Part shown: in pieces, positions 1-30,100 of the stretch
How positions within the stretch are numbered: the first letter of the stretch is position 1
Layout of the letters: every line of letters begins with the position of its first letter
DNA from: Ylistrum balloti
Lineage: Eukaryota
Length of the DNA stretch: 64,000 nt
Direction of reading: 5' to 3'
NCBI RefSeq assembly: GCF_031769215.1
Contig: NW_026782351.1
Span: 806,001 to 870,000 of the forward strand
Made by a program: the position numbers and the translations under genes
Notes under the pieces: generated by a model
Told to the model about the DNA's origin: nothing
The model's input: only the letters and a program-made list of their open reading frames with translations
Databases searched by the model: none

Positions 1-300
1 TTGACAGTGATCCATCGTCGATAATCTGTCAGTGATGGCATTAAGAAAAGAGCACGGAAGCGATAGCAACAGACCGACGGGGTCTGTCTTGGACAGTACC
101 TGAGAGACCCCGGAGTTTGCCGTGTCCGTTCCAGAGAGCTGGCCCAATGCTGGCAACGTACCGGACGTACAGAGCCATGCTTCGCCAAAGGCAGGGATAA
201 TGGGCACCCTTCGCCTCTTCTGAACACTTCTAACATAGGTTAAAATGGCAGTTAGACCTGTTAACCAACCAGCTAACCGATTAAGTTTAAAAAAAAGACG
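1..300 (-). CDS. Possible exon or 5' end of an unidentified gene running off the left edge
   Basis: 1-230 is GC/CpG-rich against an AT-rich background. One minus frame is stop-free from 300 to 1 (RLFFKLNRLAGWLTGLTAILTYVRSVQKRRRVPIIPAFGEAW...STMDHCQ) and a second is open from ATG 236. No family recognised and the frame is ambiguous. Confidence 0.3.
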
Positions 301-1379
301 TTACAAGATAAATCTAACCTTGGCACACGTATATAACGGGTCGGTTTAACACCTCGCGTTCATCAAAAGCCAAAATCGTTTTCTTCATTTAACAAAACCT
401 GATATTTTAGTTGATTGTTGATCATGAGTAAACATTCCGGTCAATATTTCTGGACAAAGACAAACAGCCAACTAAGTTTCTATCGTGTTTTCAAACATTT
501 GAAAAAAGTCAATAAATGATCCCAGCTAAGGCAGTTCACGATTGTCGCAGGGTTTGATATCTATTCACACGATATGCCAGTATCTACATCCCAAATTTTC
601 TCAAAAGAAATGTCAACACAAACTTACTATTTTTCAGACTTTGAAATCGAAATGGATTGAAGTGGAATCTATGAACTGTCGTCTAAAGCAAACATGAATC
701 TATTAAAGTATGTTTATAAACATAAATCAGAATTCAAAATCTGTTAATTTTACAATACATGCCCTCAGAGTCACAGTATGAGCCGAATAAAAGGTACGGG
801 GAAAAGTCAAACAGCGAAGGTAGAAAAGTGAAAGGTGAAATTTTCCCCTTGCCGTACTTCTTTGGCAGAATTTCCTGTCAACTAAGAGTTAAAACCAACG
901 CGGTCATGTTGCGCAAAGGTAGTAGCACATCCTGTACCCCGACTTTTGGGAGATAATATCGAGTCCCAAGGAAAAAATGAAACTAAAATGTATTAGATTT
1001 GTGTGAATGACAATCAAAAAATGTTGATCAAGGAAGGGTGTCTACAAGACGAGCACAATATTAGGTGGTAACAGAATACTTCCCTTCCATTGAATTACAA
1101 AAAAATACATCCTAGTTAGTCACTGGTATATTGACAAAACACTAACACAAAAAACGCAAATTTTGAAAGGCATACGTCATGCTGGGCTGTTTAAGTGCAT
1201 TTAGTAAATAATTTCGTCCTAAACACGATAACAGAATATTATGCAATCAGTTGAGGGTTTCACAGGAAAGTAATCAAATCACTGACTGCCCTCAAGAGCA
1301 TGATGAAATCAGTACGTTCCCGGAAATTGATTCAAGGAAAACCAACAGGGTTTTCTTAGAGGTTGCAGAAAATTGATAT

Positions 1380-1700
1380 GAGCATGAAGTGAATGACGTC
1401 CTACATGGAGCTAGATGGTCCATATTGATTACAAGATTGAAAATCAGAATAAAATGGCTGACAGGCGACCATAAAAAGTTCTTATCGCTTTTTCTCGGAA
1501 GTATTGGATAAATCGTATTCATACGTCGGTTCCCTTTGGTCGCAAGCCGTGCTTTATTCATTTGGGGATCGTTCGGAAAGACAAAATGGCTGACAGATAG
1601 CCACCTTGGATTTTGACAGTAGTAAATTTTAACTATTTCTTCGGAATTCTGGATCGTTCTCTTTATGTTAGTAACCCTCGATTTTCGGACGTATTAGAAC
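1380..1700. mobile_element. Degenerate non-autonomous Helentron/HINE-like interspersed repeat fragment
   Basis: AAAATGGCTGACAG occurs twice about 130 nt apart, followed by GCCACCTTGGATTTTGACAG. The same core recurs near 26450, 26600, 37690, 46990, 56340 and 56590. Family label is by recollection; boundaries approximate. Confidence 0.55.
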
Positions 1701-4700
1701 GTCATGAAAAGACATCAGGTAAAGAAATTAGTAAGGATCATACGATAATGGGCACAAAAATCCTTCTTTTTCAGTTTGTTATAGAATGTTATTATCATTA
1801 CTTTGAAGTTTTTAGTTTCTTTAAAAAAAAAATAAATACTCAAATTCCACTGCTAAATTGAGTTGTGTTAACATTCATATATAATTTGTACACTACCCAA
1901 ACTAGTGCCTGTACTTACCATTTAAATATTCTTTATCCAAATAAGTTAAGATCTTTGACATGGTGGTAGCCCTGTCAGGAGTACTATGAAAATTGATAAC
2001 CTTCAATGATGCTGATTGTGCTCAACCTTAACACGATTTTGATACTTATAACTTTAAATAAAAATGTTTTAACTCTGTATCTGTAAATGAATACTAAAAT
2101 ACATTCATTGGTATAGGTATCATTTCCTTATCCAGGTCTTCAAAATAGTAGGTTTGTACTTGGAGGATTGTGGCAGTAACAAATTTGTATCATGTTATCA
2201 GCCAAACAATAAACAAATAATATAAGACAGAGCATCAGTCACTGACAAAGTCGTTTTGTCATTTTTTTAATTTTTTATCTTTTTTTCCACCATAGTTTTA
2301 CTTGCCCTTGTCCACACTGTCATATCTATCTACACCAGTCACTAGCCACAGACCAGGCCGGACATATGCCAAATCCATGTCTAGTGACTGTTGTCAATGA
2401 CAAGCATGAGCAGAGCACTTTACATCTGTACAAAAATAAGACATGTATACAGAGTGTTGTGCACTCAAATAAAACCAATGTCTTGATCGAAAGCCAGCTC
2501 AGTCAGTTCACACCGTCCACCATGACTATTTCTATCACATGATGAGAGAATCAGCTTCCCTGATTGGTCAGACTACCTTCCAAACATGATGTAAAACTGC
2601 CCATCTTCACACATTCTCTCTCCCTCTGGTCACACAGAACAATGTTGAGGACACCAATCACACATGAAATTGTGCTCCAGGCTTGAAAAATCTGTACCAA
2701 GACATCTGTGGCTGTACAACCAACATGTGACAACACTCATTTCTCGCTCTAGAAGTATTCAGTCACAATCTATCTATGGCACACATCAAGAGACACGGCA
2801 CAATGATTGCTAGAAGTTGATAAATGCTTTGTATACCTAAAATGTATCAAAGTTTTTTGAAGATATTCAGATTTAACTGAGTTGTTTTCTCTTTAAAGTT
2901 CAAATAGGAAAAATCAGTAATAAATGCAAGTTAAAGAAAATAATTGTTTTTGACTGATACTTTTAAACATTACACCTCATATGTAGAGTACACACTAAAG
3001 ATTGATTGAATTAAAAAATTCTGAACACAATTTGTCTCATTCACTTCAACATTTATACTTGCTTGAATAATTAACAAGAATAAACCAGGGAGGATATGCA
3101 TGCATATTTTTTTTTCTTCTAAATGGCCCGTATTCTATTAATCTTCTTAATTTCAATACCTCATAAGAGAAATGTCCAAATAAAAATTACAATAGATGTC
3201 AAGAGATTACTAACAATATTTAACAAATTTCACATAGTGATATTATAGTCTCTTACAATACAGGACTACAGGAAGAAGACTGAGTAAAACTGATAAAAAT
3301 TCTACATTTATACACTCTCACACTTTAAAAATTGCTTTTACTATGGATTGCACCTACAAGTCTTCACTCACAGACACACCCTCTTGCGCAAACAACATAA
3401 AAATTCACACACACAGGCCTGTTTCTACAGGGAAAGACCATTGGTCCACAATATAATTGTTCTATACATCAATGAAGTAAATGACTGTGAGAGTTCTAAA
3501 ATATTCAACACAACAGGTTTAATGATGCAGCACTTTCGAGACAAACAAAATTTGTTAACAATTGAAAATAATCTCTGTGCTATCAACCAAAATTTCAGTA
3601 CATCACAGCCGATCAATGCATACCACCTTAGTACCACCACATATCAAGCCCTTGACTGTAAATTTCACTAACCAAGGACAACAGTAGATATCAATGCCCA
3701 GGTTAGTCCAATTCACTATACACAGGCTTGTAAGTGACTCACTTAATCACATTCATACAGCCCTGAATGTATAACATCACTTGGTAACAGAGGACTTCAA
3801 TGTAGCCGAGTAAAAAGATTACATAATCAACAACTACAATGCCAGCTTTATGCAAAGTAATGATGGCAAGGTGCATGTTCTTCTGTGCTATGTTATTACA
3901 CTACCTAAAACTTATTTTAATTTAAGTTAATGGCTTTACTTTTATCAAATTTCTATTTTTAATTCTGTTTTGTTAGTAAGTTGAAGAGTTGTAATATATG
4001 ATCGTCCAAATACAACACAAATTATGTAATCAGACATTAGATTTTGCCACATCTTCTGTCTTGCCAAATCAAATTTATCTTGAAATTTAGTTTGAAATAG
4101 ACACAAGGAAACAAAGAATGCACTTGCTAACATTATAAGCTATCATATCAATATCAATCACCTCCTTAATCTTATAGGATCACAGTTCAACAGCAGCAAT
4201 AAAGATTTTAAATTACAAAATGGTAAACTGAATGAAACAAAATCTGTGCACGAACATAATGATTTAGTATCCAATACATGTAATGCTATGTACATAGTAC
4301 ATGTGAATACTGTGATATTAGGTGGGATTTATACTACATCATTGTAGTAGGCCCAGGAATTCTGTTTTGATATGTGTAGCAGATTATCTGTCATGACTAG
4401 ATTTCTACTTACAGACAGGATTCTTGGTACAGTAATCAAGGTTTGGCACATATCTACAGTGGCTTCCAATGTCTATAAATATCAGTAAAGGATGAGTATC
4501 GTTACAACTACTAAGGTGGCCATGCTCCCAACCTGACAAGCCAGGCCATAATGGATGTCACACTGGGAACAAACCATATCAACTGTACAAATATGACAGG
4601 CAAGTGCACTTTGGTTTGGACAATTTAGTAAATAAAACATCAAGATTGTGATGTCAAATTACCATTTTGTCTGCTGTACCATACAAATGAGGGTAATGAA

Positions 4701-5448
4701 ATAAAAATACTGAAATATAAGTTTGCAAGAGTAATATAGGGAAATTTCAGTTAGTTTACAAAAGAGAGGGGAAAAATAATACCAAAGCAATATTGGAGAA
4801 AACTGTAGAATAATTTTGTTTTTCACATTGTAATGCAATATGAGATTCTGTTCAAAGCTGCCACATATCTCATCCAACCCTTGAAACAATAAAATCATTT
4901 GACAGCCAAATGGAGCACAAAGTCATTTAAGCTCAATCAGCTACACAGTCTCAAACCAGGAAAAAAATAATAATACAAGCACTCTAAACAGATGTGATGT
5001 GAAGATTTCAACATTCCATCAACTATCAAGAATGACCACAATAATCAAGTTTGATAAGATTGCATTTTTACCCTCCCTAGAAGTAAGTGAGATCAGGTAG
5101 TCTAAGAGGTTCCTGCCCCATAAAGTACAATATACAGTGTATCACAATATGCTGCCTAGACAGACAGCCTATAAGGCTGTCGTCAACATGTCCTGCAACA
5201 TGCTACTGCATGTCATCTGTCACTTTAGGAGGTAATGGGCAAACAACACTTTCATATTGGTAGATCACTACAGTTGAATATACATGAAAGTTGAAATCAA
5301 CAAATGAACTCTTCACTATGTACCATTCACACATCATCCTCACACTCGTCCTGATCAGGTCACTCATGATTGGCAGTTGTAGCAGATCCATGGAAACTGA
5401 ATCATTCATGAAATAGAACTCGTTGAGAATTCCTTTGTCACACTTAAT

Positions 5449-22365
<16,917 letters not shown>

Positions 22366-24172
22366 AGCTATGAATATTCGTATGTGAATGATAGACGCAT
22401 GCTCTAATGCTCAAATGGTACCAGACTATCACTTTTATGGTACCGAAAAAGTGCTTTAATTTATCTTTCTATTCAGTCTTTAATCCAAAATGGCTTCTCT
22501 CTTCGTTATATACCACCTCGAATTATATGAGTACGCGCAAAAAATAGTCCCTGACCCTTTTCTCAAAGTAACTTTGAATATAACAGATTAATTGAAAGTA
22601 TTTCATGAAAAGTCTTTGAAAATCAATTGTTATTTGAAAGTAATCATGTAATCGTGATTTAATTTGTCATTTTATTAACACATTTTGATGCCCACTAATT
22701 TCTCGAGAACTACTTATGGAAGTTTTATTACAATGTATCCTGGGATAAGTATGGTTTACGCATGTGTTGTTTACAACAAGAGACCTATTTCCGACAAACT
22801 TGACAAGATTCCTGTGAATGAGAGAGATGGTGTGTAGCCGAGTGTTATATCTATACGGTAGAATATAAAAGGTAATTTTACTTGAGTCAAACATATAAAT
22901 TCTCGATTATTGCTATTCTGAACTTCCTAGCTATAATAATGCATGTCCTGACACCAGAAACCCGACTGTGCAAACTCATGACAAGTCATGTTTCATCTGA
23001 TCACTTCTGTATAACTTACTGTTCAGTTTACTATCTCCAGTATTGTAATTAACCAACTTCATGTATAAAATTTAGTATTGTTTGGACATGCAAACTTGAT
23101 ACGTTGTTTACTTCATATATCAAGTCTCTCATGCACATTAGTGGAAGACTGGTTATGAACAAGATGTTCAATCTACAGCAACCAAACTTCACTGATATCC
23201 AGTAACAGTGCAGTATATTGATTTCTAAATAAATTGAATTATCGGTTTTGATTAGTATAATCCGAAATGTTTTAATAAGACTAGCAATCACAATTTTTTT
23301 CTTTGTCATAGTTGGTAACATGACATGGACAAAATATATGACAGATTAATATAATCTTTTACATGTGCAATGTATGTTCAAGATAGACTTGTCTCAGTTG
23401 AGGGCTTACATTCTGTAACATTCATAGACTTAGATTAATTGATCTTGAACATTTATAGGTAATAAATTCCTTTTCTCCTACATTATAACATGTGTAAAAA
23501 ATGCATAAACCTTTCTCAACAATTTTCATCTCTAAGATTGTCCTAGTCAATTATATTACCCCACTTAGCAGTTATGTATCTGGAAAGACCATTTAAGATG
23601 ACATCATTGTAATTCTGCTGTCACTTGGTGCTAAATAACGCACAAATAACTGACGAAATATAAGATTTTATACTTAACATTTATGATTCCATAGGTAACA
23701 TAATGTTGACAAATAAGTGACTATAAACACTTAACAGACAGATTAGAAGATAAATCTAGCACTAGGTAGGACATAGAATTTCCTGTCATTTAAAAAGAAA
23801 GATATAGTCCTTAATATAATGAGGTTGTCTTTCTCTATAAAGGCTTAAGAGTAGCTCATTTGGAATTCTTTCTAAGATAAAAACAATGATATTATGAATA
23901 ATAAGTCCAGTGCTTTTTGGACTTTTTATTAGATTTGGATTATATTGAAGATGGGAAAAGGAAATTTCAGCAAGATCCTTTCAGAAATTCAAGATATATC
24001 TACATTTGTTGTCTTTATACATTTTATTCAATACATTTACTCTGTAATTTTTTTCAATCCATGTATCATGGTATATATATGTGTGTAATGTTTACAATGC
24101 ATTTGATTTTGATGTCTGTGCAAAATTATTTTATTAAACTAACGTTTGCCTTTCATGTTTGAAGTAGGAAAG
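22366..24172. promoter_or_regulatory. Head-to-head CNOT3/CEP131 interval, probable bidirectional promoter plus 5' UTRs
   Basis: Divergent ATGs at 22365 (-) and 24173 (+). CpG-enriched around 21850-22900. YY1-like GCCATTTTG (minus) at 22486-22494. Acceptor at 24166-24167 just before the CEP131 ATG implies an upstream non-coding exon (candidate donor at 22872). Confidence 0.5.
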
Positions 24173-27100
24173 ATGTCTGCACGAAGCAGTAGCAGGAGTA
24201 AGATGGGCCGTGGAGAAGATGTGAATCTTAGCCTGACTGGATCACAGATATCTTCTGTTAGAAAGTCTTCATCTAGTAGGCAATTTAACCTTCCTGGTGA
24301 TAAAAGAGGATCAGGCAAGGTTGGTTTGCAATTGAATTTACCCATCGGTATATGATGTATATATCCTTTTATATTTTTTCTGATGAAGATATATATATGT
24401 AGATGTCAATTGAATATTTTAGGATATTCCAGGATATAGAAAAACATGAATACTACTACTTTTCTAAGGATAATTAATCTTAACCTGACATGTTCATCAC
24501 AAATTTGGGAAGGATGTCTTAACACATTTTAAAGCAAATATACTTCTTTTTCAGGAAACATCACATAGCACACACATGAAGAAAAATTCTGCTGATGGTA
24601 AATATTTCATGCATACTATATTTTATTATGAAATTGAAAACAATAACAAAACAAAGAACAAATCCACCCACCCCCGCTCAAAGAAAAAAATTTGGTAATG
24701 GGTATTAGTTTGTCATTGATATGTCATCATGGCAAAAAGACCATCTATTCTTAACCTTATTGAAAAGAGATCTGATGAAAGGATGGTGCATTAAATACAC
24801 AAATGATTATGTATTGCAGCACCAAACTTGAGTGACAGGAGTCAGAAGAGTGCTGTGTCCTCAGTGAGTAAAGCCAGCAGCAGGAAAGGCAAGTCACCAG
24901 GGTATGTACTTTCAACCTTTTATTATCAGATTGTAACCTGTTCAAATTGTCTCGTCTTGAGAAGTACTACATGGATCATTTCATAGGTAGGTTCACTTTG
25001 GTCCCAAGTTACATATAGTCAATTTTTACACAAATTGGGAAAAGAAGATTACTGATGCATGGAAGTCTTGAATATTGATTTTGTAATTGCAATTTTTCAG
25101 AAAGATCTGAATAGATATTTCTCAAATTTCTTTTTATTCATATCTGTTGTATATGTTCAGTGTTGAGGCTGGTTTTAAGAACAAGATGACTGACGGGCAG
25201 TAATTTTGGATTTTGAAATTTATGTATGTACTGAGACTTTCTTAATTTTAATCTATTTTCTTTGGTAAAGGAAATAACCATGTGACTAATTCATCTGCCA
25301 GTGTTTGTAAGAGCAAATAAGAGTAAATTATGGAAAAGCAGACAGAAGGTACCAGGGTATATGAATAAAAGAAAGGTTTACAGTAAGACTTGAACAAGTG
25401 TAAGGAGAATTTTACCAGATGTTCTGCTTCATCAGCAATGCCTGTGTAAATCTTTTGACAATCAAAGTAGATAATGTGACATTTTCAAATGCAAACAAGT
25501 TTCATTTCTCAATGAGATCAAAGTGATGACTATAAAATTGTCTCTAGAATCCCTGTGTTGTAAGTAAACGTTTTTGTCCGCTATTGACATTTTGCATGGA
25601 TATTGTGCACAAAATCCTGCTGGGGTCATTTGTTCTACATACTTTAAGGTTTAGATGCATGGGAAATTAATCTGAATATTATTTCATGTATGTATAACGA
25701 TCATATCTTACTTGAAATTTGTCACCATTTATGTCACAGGTTTTGCTTGGAATTCATGTCAAAAAAGTTAATATTGATGATTAGTGCTTTTTTTTGTACT
25801 TATTTCATTCTAATTTCTGTATACCAACAAAAGGAATATTCATTTACTGAACAACATTTCACCAAATATCACCAGTTTGTTGAGTAATTGTATAAATTGA
25901 GGGGCACACACTAAATATTTATCAGGGTAGTGAATCCTAAATGTTTTATGCAAAAAAGTAAAGATCCCTTCCTATAAACTGTATATATTTTAATTACTTG
26001 CAAGAAAGAGAGAGATACACAGATAGACCTTTGATGACGAGTATAAGGAAACATGTTTTTAACAAAGAATATTTAGGTTACAGATATTGTTTTAAATTAG
26101 CATTTGATTAATAGCTGTAGAAACATGAAATGTAATAAGCTGTATTCCATGAGCAAAGTTTGCTAATTTGTGAATATTTACTGAGGTTATGTCTTGTCAA
26201 AACATGATTTTAATCGGGTCAAATCATGTAAATAGTTTAGATCCCTTAAATCACAACACATGACATTGCTTATTGTAAATAGATGAATACATCAAATCAT
26301 GATATGACCATGTACTTATGTGTGGGTAAGCTTGTTATCGCTATTTCTTGAGAATTACCACACAGATCTTTCTCAAATTTGATGTGTAGGTTCCCCTTGG
26401 TCCCTGGTTTTTTCCAGCCAATTTTAGGTCTGATCAGGAAAAACGTAATGGCGGACAGACAGCCACCTTGGATTTTTACTTTGAAAGTTTGTTATCACTA
26501 TTTCATGAGAAGTACTTTATAGATCTTTCTTAGATTTCAGGTGTAGATTCCCCTTGATCCCTAGTTTTGATTTTGGGAGTAATTCGAAAATACAAAATGC
26601 CATCCAGGTGACCATCTTGGATTTGGCAGTAAAAGATTATTATTGCTAAATCTGAAAAGGATTAATGTTCAAATTTCATTAAGAGCAAAAATGGAGAAGA
26701 GACGAGAAAAGATTTAACAATGACGGGCACCAAGATCCCTCTATGAACTCTTGTTTTATTTATTTTTAACTGTTCAATCAAGTATGTCATTATTTTCATT
26801 TTTTTAAGGGAGGACTTCTTAGCACTTTTTGAGACATCGATGCAGCCAAAATTAAAGGCAAAATCAAAGCAAAAGCAACCTTCACCAAATGCTGTCAAGG
26901 TCCTGTGGCAGGAATCTGTAAGTCTTCAGCTTAATTACCAGGATTTTAATAGATAGGTGGATCCGAAGGATTCTAGCAGAGCTCCATATATGATAGGTAC
27001 TAACCACTAACTAAAGGATGGAGCATCAACACCAAGGATTCTGTGATCGGTAGTTTTATTAGGTTGACATGTTTCGGCTAGCTAGACTAGCCGTCATCAG

Positions 27101-30100
27101 AACAACGGTACAAGTATTGGCATAGCTTAGCTTAAAATCACGGTTCAGTCGTGACGTTATAACGCATTTTCTTGATCACTTGATGATAATAATACAGTTC
27201 GTTACACTATACAAAGTAAAGGAACAAAGGTAGCTATAGATTATATAAAATACAAAAGTGGTACAGCGATGCTGTTGTGAAAGTAGATTACAAATAATAG
27301 TTACATTGAAACACAATGTGCAAATATACATGTATTCTCACTTGACGTTTGTGTACTTTTGCGATTGATTTGTGAAATGTGTGACAGAAAATATTTGATG
27401 AAAATATTTCTAAAAAGTTAACAATTCTTTATATAAATTTCATTTCAATTGTCTTATTGATTTTTTAAGTTCATTAGTCTCTAGCACCATACCAAGCTGT
27501 TCAAGTCTTTTAAGTCAACGGTCAAACAACCTGATCAGTAGTTTATTATACATCAGTAATTTAGTTTGACAATATCTGGAGATTCGAAAAGTTTATCACA
27601 GTTTTCTAAAAAAAAAAACATGTTCTTATGATTGATTGTCAAAAAAGTTATTTCAGGGTTACAAAATAGCTTTGTCATTGTAATATTGATAACTACATTA
27701 CATTTTTAATTTAGTACATATTATGAGCTTATCTTTTGGATTACTTTAGTTTACCAGCTGTTATGAAAGTTATATCTCTGAATTCAATTTACACTAACAA
27801 ATGATATCCAATCTAGTATTCATCAATTTTACATCTTATATTCTGTATAGTTTAATGTTCTTAATAGTAAGTAAACTGTGCAAATGGATTTTTCTTTTAT
27901 TTAGCCTCATAAAAGTGAACTGGAAAGCCAGAGAAGTATTAATTCAACGCAGAGGGTCAACAATGACGGAGGCAGTCTCCTGTCACCTATCATGCAACAG
28001 AACTTCTTTCAGCCAAGTAGTGTTCACAGTAGTTCAGACTCAGATGAGGATGGTATACTATCTTCAAGTCTGAATAAAATACATTCACTTCAGCGGAAGT
28101 CACATTCAGCAAAATCTGACAGCTTCAAAAACAAAAAATCTAAGGAGAAAACAAGACCATCTCATGTAAATACCACAGAGTCTGGTGTGGGCCATATAAA
28201 TGGTGTAAATGGCATAGCAAACAATATGGTAACATCCGTGAAGTCACCAAGGACAAAAGCTTCTTTGTCAAGTATAGAAAATTCTTATCAGAATATAAAG
28301 CACAAAACACCAGTGAATCAGGTGAAGGAGGGATTGGCTAATCAAAGATATGTCAGTTCAGCTGAGGAATATGTACAAACATTGACATCTGCAGCAATTA
28401 AAATACAAAGGTGGTATCGCAGAATTTGTGCCAAGAGGAAAAGAAATGAAGCTGTGCAAATGGCAGGAGAAGCAGCAATCAAAAGACTTTTAGGACAGAA
28501 GAAAAAAGATCTAGATGAACACAAATTAGATCTGGATTTTCTGAATGAAGAAGATAGGAGAATTGAGGAAAGAAGAAAGATTAGGGATGACAAAGCAAAA
28601 CAGGCACGACAACAGGCAATTCAGGTAAAGAGTGATCACCATTAGGCACTGATTTCCTTGTAGGTTCAAATCGTACTAAAGAAATTTGCTTGTATCTATA
28701 CCATGATGTTGAAATATTTTTTATAAGAATGGAACTCATCTGCAGTGCCTACCTGAGAATGTTGTAGTTCTTTGAAAGTTTAATTGGTGTAATAATTAAA
28801 AAAAGTAATAAATAGAAGTTTGTAGCAATGTCAAACTTGTTTCTTCAGGAATTAAAAAAGAAAAGGGAAGAAAAAAGAGATGAAGTAAAACAAAAAGCAG
28901 AGGTAGAAATATCATATTTACAAGCAAGTGGCAAAATTACAAAAACTCCTGCAAAGGCTAATATTGGAAGGAAGAAATCCCCACTTAAAAGTTACAGTAG
29001 TTCACAGAAGGACAATAATGTAGATAGAGATACAGAGGCAAAGGTAAAATCAGCACGCTCAGGTACATCAGACATGAAAACCACATCAGCACGCTCACAG
29101 GAAGGGAGCGAAGAATTTCTTGAGGTATGTCATAAAATTTTAAACTTTAATTTGAATTTTATAGCAGTCAGTTATATTTGATATATCCTTTTTTATATGA
29201 AATGTGGTATTGAATCTTTCGCTTATTACAAAAGATTCTTATTCTTGAATGAAGGAAATTTAGTATTTTGTTTTTAAACGAACATTATTTTTGATATTCT
29301 TCATCTCACACAATGAGCCTTTGGGGGAAGACGCACATTTTGAAAAAGTAAATGAAGAATGGGCCATATCAGTAGTCAGCAGTACAATTAATTGTACATG
29401 GACAAATCAGACTCTAGATATTTTTATTTTGTTCATTATAGCAAGAGTCTAATCTCTAATTTGTCCATGTACAATTAATTAAGATATTTTTGTTTTGTTC
29501 AACCAGTTGATGGTTCTAATAACCTTTCATGTGTTGACGGGCTGTTCAGAATGTAGTAATAATAATAATGATAATTAAGTTTTGTTCAAGGAAAAAGAGA
29601 GAATTGATTGATGAGGATATCACTGTGTTCAGCATTTATGTAAACAAATTATAGTGAATACTGATATAAGATTGATATATGTTTATTTGGTAGTCGGCGA
29701 GTAATGTGAATCAGATGGACAGTAATCGTGACAGTGATGCTCACACACTTACTGACCTGAATCAGGGATATCGAGGGCCAGATAGTGAGGTCACCAACAA
29801 GTCTACACTCAATGACCTGCTAGAGACCCTGAAGAAGCTTGAGGAAGAGGAGCATTTAGTCACTCCTAAGCCAGAGAAGAAGAATGCATGGTGTAGGTCT
29901 ATTAGTATGTCACAGTATAGGGTTCAGAGTTTGGTATGATACATAATATTCTACATCAAAACCAAAAGCATAAAGAATATCATTTAAGATTATATATATA
30001 TTTGAATATGAAATAGAATAGAAACAATTACATATAAGTTTAGTGACTGTCTTAGGGAGAAAAATTACAACGGGTCATTTGCAGGCAGCTAGTATAAAAT

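Noticed and set aside
759-956. 65-aa plus ORF
   Set aside because: No recognisable homology or splice context; lies in promoter-like sequence.
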